Source: Eledone cirrhosa (lineage: Eukaryota). Taken from it: a stretch of DNA of 64,000 bases. Position 1 is the stretch's first letter. Every line of letters starts with the position of its first letter. A program made the position numbers and the translations under genes. The stretch covers positions 42,470,001-42,534,000 of the forward strand of contig OZ024755.1 in assembly GCA_964016885.1 (NCBI GenBank). The letters are read 5' to 3'. The notes beneath the pieces were generated by a model. That model saw nothing but the letters and a program-made list of their open reading frames with translations, was not told the origin of the DNA and ran no database searches. Below, one piece after another: positions 47,701 to 57,600 of the stretch.

Positions 47701-48564
47701 TTGTGCCTACATTGATGGTACCAACTCGGAGTTTTGGGCATTTGTCGACACTCGTAGGGAAGGGTCTCTGGATTGGCACTTCACATGGGTGCTTGGTAGC
47801 TCGCAGATTCATATTTCATCTATTAATTCAGAGACGCTCAAATTTATTCTCAGCTCATCCATCCATAACGGTAGGAAATTTCAGGGCTAGAAGAACAGTG
47901 GCAGTGGGATAATGGCAGGGTGTGTTGGGATGGGACAGGGGAGGAGAGAGTTAGTTAGGTAGTAGTAGCAGAAGAAATGGCATGCTGAGGTTTGATTGGT
48001 CGAATAGGCTATGGTGGTGGGAGGGAAATTGTGAGGTAGGGAGAGAGGGTCGCCATCAAGATGGATGGCTGGAACGAAGCCAAATCAACTCTAGTGATTT
48101 ATTTTAGCCTTTCAGAATAGAGTGTCTTATCTCTTCAATAGCTTCAAGATGAGTGAGGTGGAATGGGTGAAGAGGGAACGGGAGGTAATGAGTGGCTTAG
48201 AGATAGATAGAGAGAGGGTAGCCATCATAGAGGGAGAGATAGAGAGGGGGTAGCCATCATAGAGAGAGAGGGTCGCCGCATGGCAAAGTAGCCGATAGAA
48301 TACATCAACAATAATATTAATAATAATAGCCAGTCATGGCCTGTAGCCTTTGATGGAAAAATAGACAGAGATGAGGAAAAATAGACAGTCAGCATGGTAG
48401 GAGAATAACAAAGTAGATGTGTTGTGGGAGCTGAAATACCTTCGTAAAATTTGTATGGATGGATGACTGGAACGAAGCCAAATCAACTCTAGTGATTCAT
48501 TTTAGCCTTTCAGAATAGAGTGTCTTATCTCTTCAATAGCTTCAAGCATGCCCCTCACAAAGTA

Positions 48565-48619
<55 letters not shown>

Positions 48620-51600
48620 CAAAGAAAGTGTGGTAAGAAACCAGGTGGACGATAATGCACCAGAGTACTTGATACTTAGGGTAATAGAGTGGGTAACAGG
48701 GAACACTTTAAATAGATAGCTGGAGAGAGGCTGACAAAGGTCTTGCTGAGTGATGACAAGACACCCTCGGCCTTCTTGACAATTTTAGAGATGTGCTTTG
48801 TCCAATGCAAATCACTGCTGACAGTAATGCCCAAGTCATGTTCACAAGAAGACTTCTTGCGATTAGTGTTGTGGAGGGAGTATGTGGATGCTGGGTTTTC
48901 CTCCCAAAATGCATTGTGGTACACTTGTCCACAGCCGGCTTGAGTTGCCAGTTCATGATCCATTGCTGCATTGTGCCTAGGTCTGTTTGCTGGGAAGATC
49001 TATAGTGTTCAGGATCTGTCCTTTTTATATGTAAGAACCTTTGTTAAGCTTTGCTCCAAATATCAGCAAGTTATATTATAAAATCCCTCCAAGTTCCTTA
49101 TTATTTTCAAAATTATTTGAAAATCGTAGGCAGTATCTTTCATAAGAAATATGGTAATAAAAGGGTTAACCGATTTGCCACAAACTTCATTGAAACTTCT
49201 TCTGGTTTTATAATACCAAAACTCTAATTTTAAAGTGTTTATATTTATCTATGGAAACATTATAGTTTTATGTAAGATACCTTTGTTAAGTTATGTTCCA
49301 AACAGAAGTCTGATAATGAAATGGTTACTTACTTTTCTAAATCCTTCTGCTATTTATTTTCTAAATTAATTGCTACACATGGGCAGTGTACTTTATTAGG
49401 AATGTGCTCAGAAAAGAGTTACTAAATATTCAATTCACTTACTTTTCACTTCTCTTTCCAGATCGGAGCCAAAATTGGCCAAGTTGGAATCTTTCCAGCA
49501 GTAAGTTTTACCTTTTACCAGTCCTGTAAAAATAACAAAACAAGAATATAAGTAAAAGAAAGTTAATATGAGGCCCATTCTTCCTCTGTATCTCTTTCTA
49601 TCATTCTCAGAAAGAAATCTGTGTTCATAACCTAGAAAAGGATGTGCTCTGCTAGGCTTAAGATGGCCAAAAAATGATGTATGCCACTACGGGACCCTTA
49701 TAACTCCATTGATAATTACGGTATATACCATATGATATTCCATACCAATCTTAGTTTTTAGTCAATAGACAACAAATTAAGAGAATCGTTAACATAAAAT
49801 ACATTGGAGAGTACCGCAAAGACTTGTGGCCTGGTTCTTTGTGCTCTCAGTTCAAATGGACAATGATTGCTGGGTGAAGTAGAGGTAGACCAAGAAAGAC
49901 CTGGGCAGAGGTTGTGAGCTGACCTCAAATCACTGAGTCTCACAGAGGTGATGACAAAGGATCACAACGTGTGGCGAGATGTCATGCTGAGAAGGACCCG
50001 TCCAAACCATGCAAGAGTAGAAAAGTGGATGTAAAAACGATGATGATGATTGATTATATACATATATATACATATATATATATATATATACATATATATA
50101 CATATATATATATCATCATCATCGTTTTACGTCCGCTCTTCCACGCTAGCATGGGTTAGACAGGTTGTCCTGTTGTGGGCAGTATCCAGTCGGCTGACCA
50201 TGCCTTGCTCATACGGGAACCGATTCTGGCTTGATTTCTACAGCTGGATGTCCTTCCTGACACCAACCTCATTTACAGTGAGTGCTGGGTGCTTTTTTCC
50301 GTGGCGCCTACACGTCCACTTTACAATGTGGGCTGGGTGCTTTTTCGTCTTGGCACCTCCACGACCACTTTGCAATGGGCGGGTGTGGGGGCATATTGTC
50401 TATATGCTTCAGCTTCGGCTTGTACCCGTGGGGAGGTCGGGTACTCTGTATTACTGCGTGATGCCAGAGGTCACGGTCGTGTGTCATCGCCTTTGAGAGG
50501 TGTAATTTGGTAAGGTCGGCTTTTATCACCTCATCCCAGGTCTTCTTGGGTCTCCCCACTCCGCGGTTTCCATCAACTTTTCATGTTCTGCACCTTTTTA
50601 TGCAGTTGTCATCCTTCATACGCATCACATGTCCATACCAATGCAACCGCCTCTCCTGCAGACAGCATTTGATTCCTCTTATGCTCAGTCTCTCTCTCAA
50701 TTTGTTTATGCTTTGCCGTTAGCGTATATTACTATTACACATCCATCGGAGCATGCAGGCTTCGTTTCTTTCTAATCTATACAACTCTTCCACAGACAGC
50801 ACCCAGATCTCACTACCATGTAACATTGCTGTTCGTATACACGCATCATACAGTCTGCCTTTCATTTTGAGGGAAAAGCCTTTTGCAGCTAGCAGCGGCA
50901 GTAGCTCCCTGAACTTTTTCCATCCCGTTCTTACCCTAGTTATTGTACTTTCCGAACACCCACCTCTGCTGCTAATTCGCTCACCTAGGTAGCAGAAGCT
51001 GTCTACTGTTTCTACAGAGCCCTCCCAGAGTTTGGTGGTACTTGTTTCCTGTGGTTGTTTGCTGCTTGCTGACCCAGCACAGCTGCTACATGTGAAGCCT
51101 ACTATATATATATTATAGTTCAAAAGGACAAACAAACGTAGGAGTCAATTGTACATAGTTGTATTAGGTTCACGCTTGGTGAGAGTGGGGGATATATATA
51201 TATATATATCTTGCAAGCAGGGAAAAGTGGACATAAAATGAAATGATGATGATGATGATGAAGAGAGGTAAAGAAAACTAACAAAGAGATGTAATAATAA
51301 AAAGCATTATGAGAGTAGGTGGGGAGCTCAAGATAAACTCTAGGTGTGAAGTTTCTTTATAATATATAGAATGGATTCAGTTTATCAACACCTACATTAC
51401 AACAGCTTTATCAGCAATTCCTGGGGTAGAAATCAACATTTCAGCACTATTAGGCTGATAAAAATAAACTTTCAAAATCTCAGATTAGTTTCCAAATTTA
51501 CAGGAATTTGTAGATGCTTTATAGAACCCAATCTATGTTTAAAATTACCTGCTATTGGACCTGATCTTGGTTTAAATTATCTGCCATTGGACCTGATCTA

Positions 51601-54600
51601 GGGTTAAATTATCTGCCATTGGACCTAGTCTAAGTTTAAAATTACCTGCCATTAGACCTGGTCTAGGCTTAAATTGCCTGCCATTGGACCTGGTCTAGGT
51701 TTAAATTACCTGCCATTGGACCTGGACTAAGTTTAAAATTGCCTACCATTGGACCTGATCTAGGTTTTAAATTGCCTACCATTGGACCCGATCATCATCA
51801 TTTTACGTCTGCTTTTCCCTGCTTGCACGGGTCCTATTCAGCACAGCATCTCTCCACCTGCCACAGTCCTTCGTCATCTCCTCGGTGAGTTTCAGCGATC
51901 TGAGGTCTGCTCTAACCACCTCCGCCCATGTTTTTTGTGGTCTACTGCTCTACTGCGTCTTCCTTCTACTGGGATTTCTTGGCACTTCTTTACCCAGCGG
52001 TCATCCTCCATGCGCATCACATGTCCATATCATCTCAGCCTTCTCTCCTGCACACCACAACTTATCCCTCTTATGCCCAGTTTCTTTCTTAACTCGTCTA
52101 TGCTTAGTCGTTCACACACATTGACATTGCACATCCAACGGAGCATACTTGCTTCATTTCTCTCCAGCCATCGCATATCTTCTGCAGTTGCTGCCCATGT
52201 CTCACTACCATGCAGCATCGCGCATCTCACACAGGCATCATATAACCATCCTTTCATACGCAGGGAGAAACCCTTCTTTGTCAACAGAGGAAGCAGCTCC
52301 CTAAACTTCCTCCAACCCGTCCTTATTCTAGATACTATGGCCTCGGAACCCCCCACCTCCCATGTTAATCTGATCACCTAGGTGCCGGAAGCTATCAACC
52401 ACTTCTATAGCACCCGCCTGCATTTGAAAAAATGAGTCTATCACAGCGATTACTACTGCCAACTTTCCCTGTACATCTAATGCATACGTAGTTTTCCCTA
52501 CCTGTTAGTTTGCCTCCTATCCCATAACATCTCTTGTGTACCCAGGATCTGCATTGCATACATTTTATGGAATTTATGCCAGTTCCTTTCCTACATATCG
52601 AACATGGCCATTTCCCTGATAAAATCAAAGTATTGTCCTCTTTTCTACTCATCAAAACTTTTGTCTTAGCTATGTTCACTCTCAGTCCTCTTGATTCCAA
52701 CGGCTGTTTCCATAGCCAGAATTTATTCTCTAGCTCCTCTACTGATTCTGCTATAAGAACCAGATCATCAGCATAGAAAAGTTCCCATGGGCAGCCAGTC
52801 ATAAACTCCTCTGTTATGGCTTGGAGGACTATAATGAACAAGATTGGGCTGAGGACTGAACCTTGATGTACACCTATGTGTATCTGGAATTCTTCACTAA
52901 ACTCCATTCCTACTCTCACTCTACTGACAGCACCCCTGTACATAGCTTGCACTGTCCTCACAAGCCATTCCTCTACACCTAGTTTCCTTAGGAACCACCA
53001 GATGACAGATCGGAATACCCTATCAAAGGCCTTCTCTAGGTCAACAAAAGCTAAGTATAGTGGCTTATTCTTCTCTAAGAACCTCTCTTGTAGTTGCCTC
53101 AAATTACCTGCCATTTGACCTGGTCTAGGTTTAAAATTGCCTACCATTGGACCTGATCTAGGTTTAAATTGCCAACCATTGGACCTGAAATTTGGATCTT
53201 TCTATTAACAAAGCAACATCAACTATCTTACTAAACAAGTATAATGGATTCAAATATACTTCAAATATACTTCAAATATACTTCAAATATACTTCAAATA
53301 TACTTCAAATATACTTCAAATATACTTCAAATATACTTCAAATATACTTCAAATATACTTCAAATATACTTCAAATATACTTCAAAAATACTTCAAAAAT
53401 ACTTCAAAAATACTTCAAAAATACTTCAAAAATACTTCAAAAATACTTCAAAAATACTTCAAAAATACTTCAAAGATACTTCAAAGATACTTCAAAGATA
53501 CTTCAAAGATACTTCAAAAATACTTCAAAAATACTTCAAAAATACTTCAAAAATACTTCAAAAATACTTCAAAAATACTTCAAAAATACTTCAAAAATAC
53601 TTCAAAAATACTTCAAAAATACTTCAAAAATACTTCAAAAATACTTCAAAAATACTTCAAAAATACTTCAAAAATACTTCAAAAATACTTCAAAAATACT
53701 TCAAAAATACTTCAAAAATACTTCAAAAATACTTGTGATAGAACCAAGGTGACTCAAATGTACACAATTGACAATGATTTTGTCAACAGCCTTTCACTAT
53801 GTTTTGGATCAATCAACTTAGACAACAGCCTGTTCTCTCCACCCAGACAAACTGGCATTGACTGGCCTTAATCAGCTTGTGTGTCTACTTTGTCAACATT
53901 TGGATCAATTAGTGCCATTACTGTGGAGCAAGAGATGATTAGCAACTTTATATCTTTTATCCCAAATTCTGTTTCAACAATATGCATGCATTTGTGCATA
54001 CATCCATGAATTCACTATTGCATATAGACAGCAAACTGGCTGAGTCTTTAGAACCTTAGGTAGAATGGTATACCTGAGTCTTTAGAACCTTAGGTAGAAT
54101 GGTATACCTGAGTCTTTAGAACCTTAGGTAGAATGGTATACCTGAGTCTTTAGAACCTTAGATAGAATGGTATACCTGAGTCTTTAGAACCTTAGATAGA
54201 ATGGTATACCTGAGTCTTTAGAACCTTAGGTAGAATGGTATACCTGAGTCTTTAGAACCTTAGGTAGAATGGTATACCTGAGTCTTTAGAACCTTAGGTA
54301 GAATGGTATACCTGAGTCTTTAGAACCTTAGATAGAATGGTATACCTGAGTCTTTAGAACCTTAGATAGAATGGTATACCTGAGTCTTTAGAACCTTAGG
54401 TAGAATGGTATACCTGAGTCTTTAGAACCTTAGGTAGAATGGTATACCTGAGTCTTTAGAACCTTAGATAGAATGGTATACCTGAGTCTTTAGAACCTTA
54501 GGTAGAATGGTATACCTGAGTCTTTAGAACCTTAGGTAGAATGGTATACCTGAGTCTTTAGAACCTTAGGTAGAATGGTATACCTGAGTCTTTAGAACCT

Positions 54601-57600
54601 TAGGTAGAATGGTATACCTGAGTCTTTAGAACCTTAGGTAGAATGGTATACCTGAGTCTTTAGAACCTTAGGTAGAATGGTATACCTGAGTCTTTAGAAC
54701 CTTAGGTAGAATGGTATACCTGAGTCTTTAGAACCTTAGGTAGAATGGTATACCTGAGTCTTTAGAACCTTAGGTAGAATGGTATACAGCTCATTCCAGC
54801 TCTGAGTTCAAATCCTTCCAAAATCAACTTTATCTTTCATCCTTTTGAGATCAATAAAATAAGTATTAGTCAAGTAGTGAGATCAATTCTTTCCCTCTCC
54901 TTCAGAAATCAGCTGCGGAAGGGACTCCATCAGGGTTAAATTCCATAGGTATTCCACAGTCAACCAGTTTGGATCCTTACATTAAACTATGTCTACAATT
55001 GAATGTTTCTAAGTAAGGGTGTGAGAGGGTGGAGTGGGATGATAGGGACTGAAGGGGGGTGTTAGGACTGAAGAGGAGGGGGGGTGAACGGGTAGGGTGT
55101 GTGGAGGAGGGTAGGGTGTGTGGAGGGTAGGGTGTATGAAGGGTAGGGTGTGTGGAGAAGGGAAGGAGAAATGGAATGTGGGAGGGAGGGGGAGTAGGTT
55201 CAGTAAGTTAACCAGAAACAACATTAACTACAAAAACTCAACAACAGCAACATCAATAGCAACAACATCAACACCACCACCAACACCAACAATAACAACA
55301 CCAACATCAACACCACCAACACCAACACCAACAACACTAACACCAACACCACCAACAACACCACCACCAACACCACCACCACCAACACCACCAACAACAC
55401 TAACACCAACAACACCACCAACACCACCAACAACACCACCACCAACAACACCACCAACAACAACACCACCAACAATAACACCAACAACACCACCAACAAT
55501 AACAACACCAACAGCACCACCAACATCAACAACAACATCAACACCACCAACATCAACACCACCAACATCAACACCAACATCAACAACACCAACATTAGAA
55601 ATTCAAGAAAGAAGTCAACATCTATTTTTTTTTTATGAGAAACCCCTCAAAAATGCATGGAACAGAGATAAAAGGGATTTTAGTGGAGTTCAGTAAAAAA
55701 TGAAATCCCAGAGAGAGAGTAGTTTGGTAAAGTTAGTATAGGAAGAAGAGGGAGGCAAGTAAACTGAGGTTGAGGGAGAAAGGAAAAACATTTAAAGCTT
55801 TTTATAGCATGACAAGGTCAGAGTGACTTGAGTCTGCTGAAATGGGCAGTGAGGAAATATATCTACATATATGGTCATGGCAGCTGCTTACAGTAAGAAA
55901 ATCTAGTAGGCTTCTATAAAAACTACTACATTCCTTATTTACTAATTAGTCACTGGTGTGTGAATCACATTACCAAGAGTTACAAAGAAAGACAGTATTC
56001 TTTTGCACTATATTTGAGAGAAGAGAGTTATGAGGGAGAGATTTATGAAAACACCCCACATTATTCAAAATATGTTGATTCAGTGAGATAGACAAAGAGA
56101 TTTACATGTTAAACAAATTAAAAAACTATGTATAGAAATATAAACAAAAATTAAACTATATAATTCATAAAGATATAGAAGACAAAAAGTTAGCCCATAT
56201 TAAATAAATTAACTTATTAAACTATATTTCTGTTAAGTAATAAATGGGAGGTTGCTAAGAAGCAACATTTTTTTTTACTAGTTAAAAAAATGTCTGATAA
56301 GATAAAATCAACATTTTACTTCCTTATAGAGGAAGGGAAGAGAGTTAAATACTTTTCAGGGTATCTTTGGTCCCTGAACTGCTATTTTCCTCCCTATCCC
56401 ACCTGAGCAAGAGTCCCATGAGAGTTGAAGGGTATGACTGGCACCACAGAAATACCTTCACCATTTTCTCCAGGACAGTCTGCTGCTTCCTTTCCATTCA
56501 TTATTTAACTTTTTAGTTCCTTTTTTTTTCCTTTTCTATAAAAATGAAGATCAATTATAAATTCTCGCCCCCCCCCCCCCTTCTCTGTACATCTACATCA
56601 TTTATGTCTGTTTTCCATGCTGGGGAGGTTTGTAGACTCTTTTAGCCTCCACCAGCTGTCCTGCCAGCCACCTACCACACCATGCTGCACTCAAGGAGGT
56701 TATAAAGCATGGATTGGATACTGCAGGCTTCCTCTTCCAGCTCGAGCCTGCAGGGCTGGACCGAGGAGCCGGTAAAAGGCCAGACCGCTTGACCATCTAC
56801 ACGTTCCGAGGTGGTAAACCCCTCATCTGGGATGCCACATGCAGCAACGCATTCTCCAGCGGCAACCTGGTGCAATTTGTGACTAACCCAGGTCTGCTGT
56901 ACTTCAGGCTGAGGAGGGCAAACTCTCCAAACACTGATTGCTCTTCAGCGGGTTTATGGTTGAGCCTTTATCAGTGGAGGCTTCTAGTGTCCTTGGCCCT
57001 GGGGCCACCTCCCTACTCACCACCACCAACAGCACAGAGTTGACTACCCACAAGTATGAGCCTTGTGAACTGGAATGACTCTTCCAGTTCACCATCCTCT
57101 GGAGAAACACCTTCTCCATTCTATCTGGTGGGGCCGTAGGGCGGCAAGCGCATGGGCCCTCATTTTCTCATAACATAGAGAGATGGGGAGGGCAAGAAAA
57201 ACAGTGACAGTGAGAGTTTGGCTCCTCTGTGTTCAGACCTGGTGTATATGTTTCACAGACACACTCATGTAAATAAGACTTTATACATCCCCAATAATTG
57301 AAATTATCTTATATTAGAAATGATTTGTTTGTTTAGATACTGATTGTTTGGATTATTCCAGAACAATCAGTATTTAATAAGAGCTACTGTCCTCCTAGAT
57401 GGGTCAAAGATTTTCATTTCAATATGTTCCATTTTTGACATGGTTTCTACAGCTGGATGTTCTTCTTAATGCCAACCACTTTACAAAGTATACTGTGAAC
57501 AGTTTATCATGAATAAGGGCTAACATTATGCCAGGTTTCTATAAAGTTGACTGACCTTTAGACTTATTTTATTAAAACCTGCTAAACTCTTCAAAATTGA

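Noticed and set aside
47813-48300. HDV-like ribozyme, known from some RTE 5'UTRs
   Set aside because: I could not assemble the nested double pseudoknot by eye; it needs an RNAbob or Infernal search.
53192-53752. [11 protein letters not shown] repeat ORFs
   Set aside because: They are the product of an 11-bp tandem repeat, giving the same peptide in several frames.
55118-55696. Thr/Pro-rich mucin-like ORF
   Set aside because: It is an ACC/AAC microsatellite with no signal peptide or splice support.
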